A DNA stretch of 64,000 bases from a virus (taxonomy: Duplodnaviria; Caudoviricetes): the IMG/VR virus record IMGVR_UViG_3300042905_003454, positions 6,960 through 70,959 of that record. One strand, written 5' to 3'. Of the stretch, positions 16,916 through 26,586 are shown in pieces; position 1 is the stretch's first letter, and each line of letters begins with the position of its first letter. A program made the position numbers and the translations under genes. Under the pieces are notes generated by a model that saw only the letters and a program-made list of their open reading frames with translations, had not been told where the DNA came from and made no database searches.

Positions 16916-19240
16916 TTATTCTTGGTAAATGCTCAAACTCTTGAGATCCAATGCTGCGCCATTTAGATAGGTTATTTTCTTGATCACGCCATTGTAAAAA
17001 TTAAGACCTGCTGCTGCGGTGGATGCGCCTTTGTATCCAATGGAGAAGAAACAAGCACCACATATTCCGAATTGTGTTCTGTCAATTGTGATGCCTTCTG
17101 TGTTGCTTCCGTTGATTGAGGCACATACACCCATGATCGAATCACTAAAATTAAAGTAACTCAATGCAATAATTGAATTTTTGACTGTATTAAGATTTAT
17201 ATCGGAACCAAAATTATAAGAAATGCCATTGTTGTGTGATATAAATCTATAACCACACATGCCCATTACACGCTCAACTGCAAACCCACTGGTGCTTCCG
17301 GGTGCGTAGTTAATGGAAAACAGAGTTCTTACATTTCCTTGTGTATGTGATGTATTTTCTTGCAAAGAATTATCAACAAGAGTCAAGAATGTTCCGCTTG
17401 TTACTGAGAACCAAGAAGAGAAAGAGGCACCATCCATGAACAATCTGTCGGGGCTTCTTGTAACTGAAGAACCAACAGTTTTGATGTAAGAAGAATCTGT
17501 AGTTTGATTTTCTAATTGAATATCTGCAACTAAAATTCCTGTACCTTCATAACCCGCTGCATTAAAGCCCACACTATAATTTGTAAAATTATTTGTAACA
17601 TATATTCTAATACTATTACTAAAAGCTTCTTTATTAGTATAAGTAAATGTAATTTTTTTCCAATCATCGGGATAAGATGTAATTTTTCCTACAGGTGTTG
17701 GAATTGCTGCAAAACGGGCATCAATGTCAAATTTGTTTTCTGCTAAATCACATGTAATGGTACACGCTTGATTTACCATTTGTATGGCCAAATACAGTGG
17801 TCTTTCTAACCTATAATTTTTAGCCCAAATTGAAATTGTTGAAGATTGTCCGACTATTCCAAGTGGTTGAGGAAAAAAGTCAGGATTAGAAGAAATATAA
17901 TGTTGTATGTTTCCTGAACCAATTGGGGTTAAGCGAAGAACATTATTTTCTCCAAATAAATCTGTTCCATTGCAAGATCCCGTGATAACATCTAAAGATG
18001 AGGGACTAGTTGATTGCCAAAAACTTCCAGAATCATAAAAAGTTTCCAAAGAAGGCAATAGATTTGAAGAACTCCCTTCAACCAACAGACCTGCCAGATC
18101 TCCATTGCTTCCATTCGAATTCAAATAATAAGCAACCCTTGGAATATTTTGTTGTACATACGTCAATCCCGCATCATTTAAATATGATGCACTGCTTCCA
18201 CGAAGGAATGTCAAGTAGTTTGTAAAATCAGCAGGCAACAATCTAAAATCAAATGTGATGCCAGTCAAATTTCCCGTAACTGGTGTCAAAGCAAGTTGTT
18301 TCCAGCCTTGATTGGTTTTTATGTAAAGATTGTTATCATCCCAACAAAGTACACCAGCAGCACCTTCTACGAAAGGATCCACAATCGTTTGAGGTTGTTC
18401 GATTCTTATTACTTTATTTTTAACATTCAAGGAATCCAAACCATCATCTAATTCAAGAAGACCCTGCACTTTTGTTTTTGTTGTAGAATCATTTCCAATT
18501 ACTGTGGTATTTGCGCCCAAACCAATACTTGAATCTCCAATTACAATTTGATTTGCTTGGCTTCTTGATAATGGTCTAGTATTTCTACCAATAAAAATGC
18601 CGCGATTGCATGCGTCTAAAGTTATTCCTTCACTTCCATAATTTTTTCCAGCATTTTCCCCAATTGCAATATTAAAACTTCCAACAGTCAAGCCATTCAA
18701 ACTTTGAGTACCCAATCCAATGTTATTGTTTCCTCCTATAGAGGATTGTAAACTTTCAATACCAATAGCAATATTTTGGCCTACGCTTGATGTGTTTGAT
18801 GTTAAACTTGTGGAAGAACCCATTACTAAATTATCTTTGCCAACAGATTTGAGCGTAACGTTACCGCTATTTCCCGAAAGAACAACGTCATTAGCAAAAC
18901 TCTGAATTGCAGTAAAAGTTTGTCCAACATTTGTTTTAGCCACATTTGTTAAACTTAACGACAGGGTGTTTCCAGAAGTTTGTACCAAAAGATTGCTATC
19001 ACCAGACAGTGCAACGGTTCCTCGTAAATTATTGATGCTTGACACAAAATTGGTCATACCAATGTTTATTGTGTTTCCAGAATTTTGAACAACAACGCCA
19101 TTATTTCCAGACAAACCTACGGCTCCAACCAATCCATTAAGCGCAGAAACGTTTGCTGGTATACTTACGGAAATTGATCCATCAATAACCTGTACTATAT
19201 TGGGTGGATTTGTTGTTACTGTGATCTGTGGATTGCTCAT
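16916..19240 (-). CDS. tail fibre/adhesin-like protein
   Basis: VS.LNGL.G.V repeats, YadA-head-like NIAIG repeats, C-terminal half paralogous to 5702..7258. Confidence 0.7.
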   Translation of the reverse strand: MSNPQITVTTNPPNIVQVIDGSISVSIPANVSALNGLVGAVGLSGNNGVVVQNSGNTINIGMTNFVSSINNLRGTVALSGDSNLLVQTSGNTLSLSLTNVAKTNVGQTFTAIQSFANDVVLSGNSGNVTLKSVGKDNLVMGSSTSLTSNTSSVGQNIAIGIESLQSSIGGNNNIGLGTQSLNGLTVGSFNIAIGENAGKNYGSEGITLDACNRGIFIGRNTRPLSRSQANQIVIGDSSIGLGANTTVIGNDSTTKTKVQGLLELDDGLDSLNVKNKVIRIEQPQTIVDPFVEGAAGVLCWDDNNLYIKTNQGWKQLALTPVTGNLTGITFDFRLLPADFTNYLTFLRGSSASYLNDAGLTYVQQNIPRVAYYLNSNGSNGDLAGLLVEGSSSNLLPSLETFYDSGSFWQSTSPSSLDVITGSCNGTDLFGENNVLRLTPIGSGNIQHYISSNPDFFPQPLGIVGQSSTISIWAKNYRLERPLYLAIQMVNQACTITCDLAENKFDIDARFAAIPTPVGKITSYPDDWKKITFTYTNKEAFSNSIRIYVTNNFTNYSVGFNAAGYEGTGILVADIQLENQTTDSSYIKTVGSSVTRSPDRLFMDGASFSSWFSVTSGTFLTLVDNSLQENTSHTQGNVRTLFSINYAPGSTSGFAVERVMGMCGYRFISHNNGISYNFGSDINLNTVKNSIIALSYFNFSDSIMGVCASINGSNTEGITIDRTQFGICGACFFSIGYKGASTAAAGLNFYNGVIKKITYLNGAALDLKSLSIYQE

Positions 19241-19241
19241 A

Positions 19242-19631
19242 TTATACCTTTGTTACATCTGGAAGAACATTTATATTTCCGCTAATAAGGGTTTCAATGT
19301 CTCCATTGCTTTTTTGTTCTTGAATGTCATAAAAAACTTTTGTATATGGTGGAAAATTTTCTGTATGCGAAGATCCAACACAAACAACAACATTTCCAAC
19401 TGCATTTGCAGAAATACCACCACAAATTCCATTTGGAATTGTCAAGACACTTCCGGTGGTCACTCCAGTTGTATAGGAAGCAAACAATTTTGCTGGAGCA
19501 TAGCCATTGCGAACTTGCATTCGCAAAGTAGATCCATTGAAATCATAAGATCCGCCGGATGAATCCCGGACGAACATCGTCCATCGAAGGGTGTCCCCTC
19601 TTATTACGCTAGAATCATAAGAATCTGCCAT
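19242..19631 (-). CDS. small structural protein (BppU N-terminal-like)
   Basis: RGDT...D..G....MQVR...YDIQ....G pattern; TATAAATA 8 nt upstream. Confidence 0.5.
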   Translation of the reverse strand: MADSYDSSVIRGDTLRWTMFVRDSSGGSYDFNGSTLRMQVRNGYAPAKLFASYTTGVTTGSVLTIPNGICGGISANAVGNVVVCVGSSHTENFPPYTKVFYDIQEQKSNGDIETLISGNINVLPDVTKV

Positions 19632-19658
19632 TACAAAATTATTTATACTGGCAAAAAC

Positions 19659-20882
19659 TTATAATTTAACGGTCTCTGCTTCTGGGCTCACCTTCAAAGT
19701 AGTCTTATTGGTTTCCTTGGCAATTTTTTCAGCCCACTGCTTTTGCTGCTGTTCCAAGTTCATTTGGAACTGCTGAAATGCCTTACTGTAGATGTTCATG
19801 TTGTTTTGAACTCTTTCACGATGCTCCGCTGGTAGATAAGGCTCGTTTAGGAGCTTTTGGCAGCATTGCATTCCCAACTGGGGCATTCCTGCATAGAAAG
19901 CCGTGGTTCCGATCTCGTCAAAGATGCCCCACAGATAATTGGCATTGTCAACGAATAGAATGTCATTCTGTGGAACTGGAATATGAGCGCCTAGGTGTGC
20001 GATCAAGAAAGCATTCCTTGGACGATTGTACTTTCTGTAGATGCAGGATAGATGGTATAGTGGCTCTACACGGTTTGGTGCAGATTCAAACGCCATCATG
20101 AATGCATCGGCAATCTGTTCGACTGGCTTTCCTTGGAACTCCCGGCACATTCCTACACGCATCCAAGAGAAGAATACTTCTTCGTGCCAACCACCCTGTT
20201 CGATTCTCTTGAGATATTCCTTTTCCGCAATCTCAAACATTCTTGCATCAAAGGCAGACTGTGCTGCATAGAATTGCTTGCGAGGCTGATTTGGATCCTT
20301 CTCCAAATATCCTTTGAGAATGTAATAATCCTTGGTATACTTCTCAATATCATTCGACACAGACCGTGAACGACAACCTTCTGTTCGAACTTCCCATGCA
20401 TAGTCACCTTCAAGTTTGCCAACATTCATTGGCTGCTCGCAGATGGCATACTCATGCAGAGGCTCTTCGTACCACCACTTCTTCTTGCCCAAGTTGAATA
20501 TCTGGGCACGGAGCCACTTGAACTCTCCACGCTTGATCTGGACTACATAACCGTCAAGATTGTCATCAAACTTATCGACAGGAAGAGTTCCCGTGATAAA
20601 GTCATCAGCATCGATCATCAGAGCCCATTTAGTCTTGCCCATGCAAAGTTCAAGAGCCTTTGAGCGATTGGTTCCAAAATCAGACCATTCGTGGTCGTGG
20701 ATCTCACCGGGAATACCCTTTTCATCAAAGAACTTCTTGATGATCTCCTTGGTATTGTCCGTTGATCCGGTATCACAGATTACATAGTAATCAATGAAAG
20801 GTGCGCATGAAGCCAAGCAACGCTCAATGTTTGGGGCTTCGTTCTTTACGATCATACTCAAAGTCAACTTGTGCATATTCAT
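19659..20882 (-). CDS. GT2 glycosyltransferase with C-terminal TPR repeats (SunS/flagellin-GT-like)
   Basis: LSMIVKNE, DTGSTDNT, DFG..R, IDADD, LHE, followed by helical TPR-like repeats. Confidence 0.85.
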   Translation of the reverse strand: MNMHKLTLSMIVKNEAPNIERCLASCAPFIDYYVICDTGSTDNTKEIIKKFFDEKGIPGEIHDHEWSDFGTNRSKALELCMGKTKWALMIDADDFITGTLPVDKFDDNLDGYVVQIKRGEFKWLRAQIFNLGKKKWWYEEPLHEYAICEQPMNVGKLEGDYAWEVRTEGCRSRSVSNDIEKYTKDYYILKGYLEKDPNQPRKQFYAAQSAFDARMFEIAEKEYLKRIEQGGWHEEVFFSWMRVGMCREFQGKPVEQIADAFMMAFESAPNRVEPLYHLSCIYRKYNRPRNAFLIAHLGAHIPVPQNDILFVDNANYLWGIFDEIGTTAFYAGMPQLGMQCCQKLLNEPYLPAEHRERVQNNMNIYSKAFQQFQMNLEQQQKQWAEKIAKETNKTTLKVSPEAETVKL

Positions 20883-20884
20883 CC

Positions 20885-21322
20885 TTATGTATTGAAAAAC
20901 TTACGAAGAGATCCAGGATTGAACTTGGGAATCAATTCCCATTGTTCTTTCTCTGTATATTTAATTATCTTTAAACCAGATAGGGGCATTCGGTCTTTTA
21001 CTTTTTCTTTGTCAACAATTTCCAGAAGTTCCCATTCTTCCAGCAATTTTATGATTGCATTTCTTCTCTTGATGTCTTCTTCCGAGACATTTGATGGAAG
21101 TCCATCCAAAGCAAAAAGTTCTTTGAAATGGGCAACAATGTAACATTCATTCTTGTGAATCAGGTGGCAAGATTGGTACAATACTTTCTTGCCTTTTGGT
21201 GACACGCCGATCCGTGACAAAGTTTCACGAACAACCATGAAATCTTCTGGGTCGAATAAAGTTACATGAACGCCTACATTATTGAATATTTTATCGGATA
21301 CATCTGACATAACTGCTTTCAC
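20885..21322 (-). CDS. regA: translational repressor RegA
   Basis: VRETLSRIG, LYQSCHL.HK, YIVAHFKELFALDG, WELIPK. Confidence 0.95.
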   Translation of the reverse strand: MKAVMSDVSDKIFNNVGVHVTLFDPEDFMVVRETLSRIGVSPKGKKVLYQSCHLIHKNECYIVAHFKELFALDGLPSNVSEEDIKRRNAIIKLLEEWELLEIVDKEKVKDRMPLSGLKIIKYTEKEQWELIPKFNPGSLRKFFNT

Positions 21323-21324
21323 TC

Positions 21325-21708
21325 CTACTTACCAGTTCCACCTTTGTTTAGATATGCTTTTAAATTGTCTATATCTGTTGTACTAAGGATATTTAGTACT
21401 TCTCTGGCTTTCATGTCGTTGTATCCAAAAACCTCTTTAATTACCGTAATATTTTCTTCGGTATCCTTGCGTATCCAATGAGAGAAACGCTTCTTTTTTC
21501 TTACGGATAGTCTGTAAAAATCAAACTGGGATTTGGAATCAAGCCACGGGTGACAATTCATCTCGTTTGCATGAAACAATGTATCTGGAAAGTATGACAA
21601 GCATTTATTGACGACAAAGGCTGGATAAAGACGAACATCCTTTTCGTCCTTGTCCAGCAGCGCTTTCTTGTCGTGATTTATGCTGTTCAAAAAGTCTTTT
21701 AATTCCAT
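21325..21708 (-). CDS. gp62: clamp loader small subunit
   Basis: YPAFVVNKCLSYF.DT...ANEMN, RKKKRFS; synteny. Confidence 0.9.
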   Translation of the reverse strand: MELKDFLNSINHDKKALLDKDEKDVRLYPAFVVNKCLSYFPDTLFHANEMNCHPWLDSKSQFDFYRLSVRKKKRFSHWIRKDTEENITVIKEVFGYNDMKAREVLNILSTTDIDNLKAYLNKGGTGK

Positions 21709-22652
21709 CAGTTAAACTCACAATCCATCATGATCTGTACGATCAATGCCATTGTATTGATTTCTTGGTCTGATGCAAAAGCTGCTTTGTATTGATACTC
21801 AGCAACAATTAAAATTGCTTGTGGAACTGAATTTGGTTTCAAGACTGTATATAGTTCCGTATAAAGTCGCTTGAAAAACTCTGTCGTATTCAGATCCAGA
21901 TTCTGTACAACCCACTTTCTGCATGAAGTAAAGTCCTTGTTCTTCATGAATCCAATGAGTTCCTTGTACGATTCACTGCTGCCTTGAGCAAGAATGCCAA
22001 CATCAATCTTTCCAGAACTTGAATACTTCTGGAGTTCATTGATGATTCTTCGCATGTCAGGAAAATGCTTCTTGACAAGATTGACCAAGACCGCTTTTTC
22101 ATATGGAACCTTTTCCGTTGTCAGAATATGTTCCACACGACCAAGCATTGCAGATGCAATTTGTGCTTTTTCTGCATTGGGAATCGTGAAATCAATCCCA
22201 GTACATCTGGAATGCAAAGGTTCAATGACGCGATTCTTGTAATTGCAAGTCAGTATGAATCGGCAGTTCTTGTGGAATTCCTCTATGGCTCCACGCAATG
22301 CTGGCTGAATTGACTGAGGATTTGCATAGTCAAACTCATCAAGCACTACTATCTTGTGATTTCCATTCAGCGATACTGTTGATGCGTATTGACGAATCTT
22401 GGTTCTCAGCGTATCAATTCCATTTTCTTCCGAGCAGTTGATGAGAATGTATTCTGAACCAACATCCTTTGCCAAGGCACGGGCAACCGTAGTCTTGCCC
22501 GTGCCTGCCTTTCCATAAAGAAGCATGTTGGGAACAGATCCCTCTTTTACCATTCCCTCAAAGATCTTTTTTAGATCTATTGGAAGAATGCAATCAGACA
22601 GCGTTTGTGGGCGGTATGATTCCACCCACAACATATCACGTATATCAGTCAC
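21708..22652 (-). CDS. gp44: clamp loader AAA+ subunit
   Basis: LWVESYRP, GKAGTGKTT, DEFD, SRC motif. Confidence 0.95.
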   Translation of the reverse strand: MTDIRDMLWVESYRPQTLSDCILPIDLKKIFEGMVKEGSVPNMLLYGKAGTGKTTVARALAKDVGSEYILINCSEENGIDTLRTKIRQYASTVSLNGNHKIVVLDEFDYANPQSIQPALRGAIEEFHKNCRFILTCNYKNRVIEPLHSRCTGIDFTIPNAEKAQIASAMLGRVEHILTTEKVPYEKAVLVNLVKKHFPDMRRIINELQKYSSSGKIDVGILAQGSSESYKELIGFMKNKDFTSCRKWVVQNLDLNTTEFFKRLYTELYTVLKPNSVPQAILIVAEYQYKAAFASDQEINTMALIVQIMMDCEFN

Positions 22653-22654
22653 TT

Positions 22655-23326
22655 TTATCCCTTGTTGATTGCGATGTAATAAGTAATGTCTTGGGAACTG
22701 TGTGTGAACCTAGAAACCACGGTATCCGTGACTTCTACTTTATAGGAACCTGGAAGGAACTTAATCTCGTTGATTGAGATGTTTCCTTCATAATCAGGAC
22801 CACTATAGTTTTCCTCAACCACAATTTCAAAACTATCGGATGTGCTGTTGGAGGAATCATCGACAGTAAGGCGAATCTGACCGTCACCAGCAATGATCTT
22901 CAGATCACTGACCTGAAGGATGCTAGCAGCCTTCATCACTTCACTAAGATCCTGCTCATCAAGATTGAATGAGAAGAGAACTTCAGGCATGTTGATGTCC
23001 TTGGTAGGAACGGTCAACAGAGATTTCTCTGCGTAATAATACTTTACGCTTGAACGCCCGTTGGAGATGTCAACATGCGTGTCATGGAACTCAAGATCGG
23101 GATTGTTGAACATGCTGACCACACCTAGGAACTTGTTGAGATCCCAGATGGAAATTTCGGTGTCAAAGTCCTCCTGAACAGTGGCTTTGACATAGATGTT
23201 GCTTCCTGCCGAACGAGTCTTCAGTACATTCCCAGGTTTGATGAGAATATTTGAATTGATGGAGGAAAAGTTTTTTAGAATGTTAAATGTTTCTTTGCTC
23301 AAACGCATTTTTGTCACAGTACTCAT
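22655..23326 (-). CDS. gp45: sliding clamp
   Basis: LKNFSSIN, IWDLNKFL, PGSYKV, YYIA. Confidence 0.93.
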   Translation of the reverse strand: MSTVTKMRLSKETFNILKNFSSINSNILIKPGNVLKTRSAGSNIYVKATVQEDFDTEISIWDLNKFLGVVSMFNNPDLEFHDTHVDISNGRSSVKYYYAEKSLLTVPTKDINMPEVLFSFNLDEQDLSEVMKAASILQVSDLKIIAGDGQIRLTVDDSSNSTSDSFEIVVEENYSGPDYEGNISINEIKFLPGSYKVEVTDTVVSRFTHSSQDITYYIAINKG

Positions 23327-23343
23327 ATAGATCCTTTTGTAGA

Positions 23344-23496
23344 TTATTCTTCGTCACGACGATACATCATATCATTCACCTGCTGCTTGCTTTCATGGCG
23401 ATTGCCCCGCTTCTGCCTTTTCTCTTGCTTGCGGCTCAATCCGTTTTTCTTATTCTTGCGGCGATTAGTGAATTTCTCAAAACTCTCTTCATTCAT
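23344..23496 (-). CDS. 50-aa basic protein not in the ORF track
   Basis: MNEESFEKFTNRRKNKKNGLSRKQEKRQKRGNRHESKQQVNDMMYRRDEE; promoter directly upstream. Confidence 0.6.
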   Translation of the reverse strand: MNEESFEKFTNRRKNKKNGLSRKQEKRQKRGNRHESKQQVNDMMYRRDEE

Positions 23497-23502
23497 GGCT
23501 AT

Positions 23503-23530
23503 ATTATAACTCCTACTTTTTGCAAATCAA
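23503..23530 (-). promoter_or_regulatory. sigma70-type promoter TTGATT-N16-TATAAT
   Basis: 6 nt before the ATG at 23496; would drive gp45-gp44-gp62-regA. Confidence 0.65.
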
Positions 23531-23811
23531 GTTTCAATCCATTGAGAACCATCTGGATCCTCAAACCAAATATAAAATTTTCCATTTGTCGATCCCCACA
23601 TTTGACCAACTTTTGGATTCAATGGTGGATCGCTGGATTGAACTATTTCTGTAGAACCAGTAAATTTCCAATTAAGGGGTGCTTGAAAGGGGGTCTTTTG
23701 TGTTTCGGTTGTGCACTGATACATCTTTCCTTGATATATCACTACATCCCCATTGGAATAGGTAATGGGTTTCCCGGAAGCGTTCTTTAATTGAAAGTTT
23801 CCTTTGAACAT
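23527..23811 (-). CDS. small late protein with a CBM5/12-like motif and a fibre-type module
   Basis: Y..GDVV.YQGKMYQC...P..W, plus PP..P.VGQMW...G..YIW..D..GSQW; TATAAATA at 23819-23826. Confidence 0.55.
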   Translation of the reverse strand: MFKGNFQLKNASGKPITYSNGDVVIYQGKMYQCTTETQKTPFQAPLNWKFTGSTEIVQSSDPPLNPKVGQMWGSTNGKFYIWFEDPDGSQWIET

Positions 23812-23821
23812 TCAATAATAT

Positions 23822-25543
23822 TTATACTTGAGCCTTGATTCTTGAGAAGTTGTTCTTCTTCTCAAATTGCATCTGTTGGTCGAACTTGTCAGTCAGCGCA
23901 TCTGCCTTGTGGCTGATGATGAAGATCGAACATTTGCTTTTCATCTTGTTCAACAATTTTAAGAAAGACTCTGTTCCAGTCGAATCCAAGGAGGAGTCAA
24001 GAATTTCATCAAAGATCAGCAAATTGCAATTCAGACTGTTCTTCATCTTTGCAATCTCTCTCCAAGTCAGGAGAATGGCCAGATCGATACGCTGTTTCTC
24101 TCCCTCAGAGAAAGAGGAATATGAGAATGCATCTCTGTATCGTGACTTGATTGTTTCCTTGAACTCCTCATCGATGTTGAAGTCAACATAGAGATTAAGT
24201 TTTCCGAGGAACTTGTTGACGAGTCCATTGATGATGGGAACATAATGTTTGATGATACGACTCTTAAGCCCACCATCTTTGAGCATATCGTAGACAACAT
24301 CGTAGTGAATTTGCTTGCTGATGGCGCTTTCCAAAGCCTTGGCATGTTTGTCTTTTTCTGCAATTGCCTCTTCAATCTTTATATTGATCTCAGATTCACT
24401 TGAGGTCTTCTTTATCTTAGCAATTTTTTGATTCAAAGACAAAATTTCATTGTTGAAACCATTCTTACGGGTGACACCCTGTGCCTGCAAAATATTCAAT
24501 TCCAAAATCTTTTGATTTAAAGTTTCTACTTCAGCTTTCAAATTTTCAAGTTCTTTGAGTTTTTTGTCACCAACCTGTAAGGATTTCTTACAAGAAGCCA
24601 ATTTTTCTCTTTTCTCCTCCAAATGCTTCTGTCTGGCCTCTTCTGGCAAAGTTTGACCGCAGCAAGTGCACTTTGGATCTGTTTCTAGAGTGTTTATTTG
24701 CCCTATAAGCGATTCTTGGAGTTCCAATGCCTTGGAGTGCATTGTGGGAACCCCGGCCATAGAAGCGATCCTAGAACTGTGTTCTTTCTTTAAATTTTCA
24801 AGTTCTGTAAGTTCAGTTACCTTATTTTGAATAAAAGTTTCCTCTGACTTTACGGATGCTTTCAGTTCTACAATTTTATCTTCATACTCGGCCATCTCCA
24901 AATTTTTGGTGTTGTCGATCTGAGTTTTTAGCTCATTTAAAGACTTTACCTTTTCATGGGCAATCTTTACAAAACTCTCTTCTTCGGATATTTCAGTCTT
25001 CAGTTTGGAGAGTTCACCACGAACATAGACATTCATGTCAGCCAAAATGTCAAGATCCAAAAGACCTTCGATGATCTTTCGTCTTTCGTTGGGTGTCAAC
25101 TGCATGAAAGGAATGAAGTTTGACTTGCCTAGAATTACGACTTGCTTAAATGCTGCGTAATCAAAGCCCAGAATCTGTTCCTCAAAGTGTTCTTGGTAAT
25201 CCTTTGACTTGGCATGTTGATCAAGCATCTCACCATCTTTGTAGATCTCAAATATTTTTGGACTTAGACCTCTTTTGACGATGTATGTTGATCCTGATCG
25301 CTTGAATTCAATCTCCACCATGCAATGGCGGTTGTTTACTGAATTCACCAACTGAGGAATGTTGATTGGACGGAATGGCTTTCCGAACAACCCAAAGCAC
25401 AAGGAATCCAGAAGAGCAAACGATTTTCCGTTTCCGTTTGTCCCCGTCACCAAGGTTGTCTTGTTGTTGTTTAGTTTGATCTCGGAGTAATTGTTTCCGA
25501 ATGATCCAAAGTTTTTAAACTTTACTGATACAAATTCAATCAT
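23822..25543 (-). CDS. gp46: recombination endonuclease ATPase subunit (Rad50/SbcC-like)
   Basis: GTNGNGKS, zinc-hook-like CTCCGQ, FSEGEKQRIDLA, FDEILDSSLD. Confidence 0.95.
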   Translation of the reverse strand: MIEFVSVKFKNFGSFGNNYSEIKLNNNKTTLVTGTNGNGKSFALLDSLCFGLFGKPFRPINIPQLVNSVNNRHCMVEIEFKRSGSTYIVKRGLSPKIFEIYKDGEMLDQHAKSKDYQEHFEEQILGFDYAAFKQVVILGKSNFIPFMQLTPNERRKIIEGLLDLDILADMNVYVRGELSKLKTEISEEESFVKIAHEKVKSLNELKTQIDNTKNLEMAEYEDKIVELKASVKSEETFIQNKVTELTELENLKKEHSSRIASMAGVPTMHSKALELQESLIGQINTLETDPKCTCCGQTLPEEARQKHLEEKREKLASCKKSLQVGDKKLKELENLKAEVETLNQKILELNILQAQGVTRKNGFNNEILSLNQKIAKIKKTSSESEINIKIEEAIAEKDKHAKALESAISKQIHYDVVYDMLKDGGLKSRIIKHYVPIINGLVNKFLGKLNLYVDFNIDEEFKETIKSRYRDAFSYSSFSEGEKQRIDLAILLTWREIAKMKNSLNCNLLIFDEILDSSLDSTGTESFLKLLNKMKSKCSIFIISHKADALTDKFDQQMQFEKKNNFSRIKAQV

Positions 25544-26586
25544 TCTTCTTCCTTGGACAATGCATTATTGTAAGCCGCATTTATGATCTCGGCAAGCAAA
25601 GGTTTTTGAATTGACTTCTCGTTGATTGTTTCTACTTCTTCATGCAAAAGTTGCAGCGTGTCTTTGTGAATGTCCACAGCAACAAGTTCTGGGTTGGCAG
25701 AAACTTCTTCTGCAACCACTAACTCTGCAACACCTGCCTCATAGAACTTGTCTAGATATTTTTCAAATAGTACTGGCTTTGTTTTGTTCTTCACGAAGAT
25801 CTTGACATAACAATCCTTGAACTGAGAATGATCTAGCTTTTCTTTGTTATCTTCGTCATAATCAATCGTATGGAATAACTTTCTGGTATTCTTGACAAAT
25901 GTAAGAGTACGATCCTGAAAGTCGAAGACATGGAACCCCTTTTCTTCCCAAACGTCAGAAAAGCCCATTTGGTATTGCGTTCCGAGATAATGAATATTAT
26001 CACGGCTAGACTTAATGTGATAATGCCCAGTAAGAACGTACTCAAACTTATCGAAATGTTTGGGGTCATAACCTTGCTCTATGAATACTCCACGGATGCT
26101 TTGAAAGCCAAAAAGTTCAAGATGGCCTAGCAATACAGAACATGTGTTGTCTGCAAGAAACTTTGCTGCTTGATCTTCATTCTCCGGGTTTATCCACGGG
26201 AGCAATGCGACACAACCGCAGGAAAGATGTATATTGGTCGGCTCTGAATATACTGACCAATTCGAATAATGTCCAGCGAGTTCCTGCAAGGAGTTGATGG
26301 AATTGGTATTACGATAATAGGTGTCGTGATTTCCACAGATGATGTGGACTTTGATACCCATCTCAAGTAGTGGGTCAAAAAACTCTTTTTGAACTCTGTG
26401 AAGCGTCTTAAAATTGACATATTTTCTCCTGTCAAAAAGATCTCCTAGATGGAAGATAGTCTTGATGTTGTGTTCCTTCATGTATGGAAACAATTGTTCC
26501 GTGAAAAACTCAAGGAAGTAATCAAGAACTATGCACGAATCATTCTTGTATCCAAAATGAGTGTCGTTAAGAATTATTGCTTTCAT
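25540..26586 (-). CDS. gp47: recombination endonuclease nuclease subunit (Mre11/SbcD-like)
   Basis: DTHFG, HLGDLFD, GNHD, GHYH. Confidence 0.95.
   Translation of the reverse strand: MKAIILNDTHFGYKNDSCIVLDYFLEFFTEQLFPYMKEHNIKTIFHLGDLFDRRKYVNFKTLHRVQKEFFDPLLEMGIKVHIICGNHDTYYRNTNSINSLQELAGHYSNWSVYSEPTNIHLSCGCVALLPWINPENEDQAAKFLADNTCSVLLGHLELFGFQSIRGVFIEQGYDPKHFDKFEYVLTGHYHIKSSRDNIHYLGTQYQMGFSDVWEEKGFHVFDFQDRTLTFVKNTRKLFHTIDYDEDNKEKLDHSQFKDCYVKIFVKNKTKPVLFEKYLDKFYEAGVAELVVAEEVSANPELVAVDIHKDTLQLLHEEVETINEKSIQKPLLAEIINAAYNNALSKEEE

Noticed and set aside
23287-23790. 167-aa + strand ORF
   Set aside because: Antisense to two better-supported - strand genes that each have their own promoter
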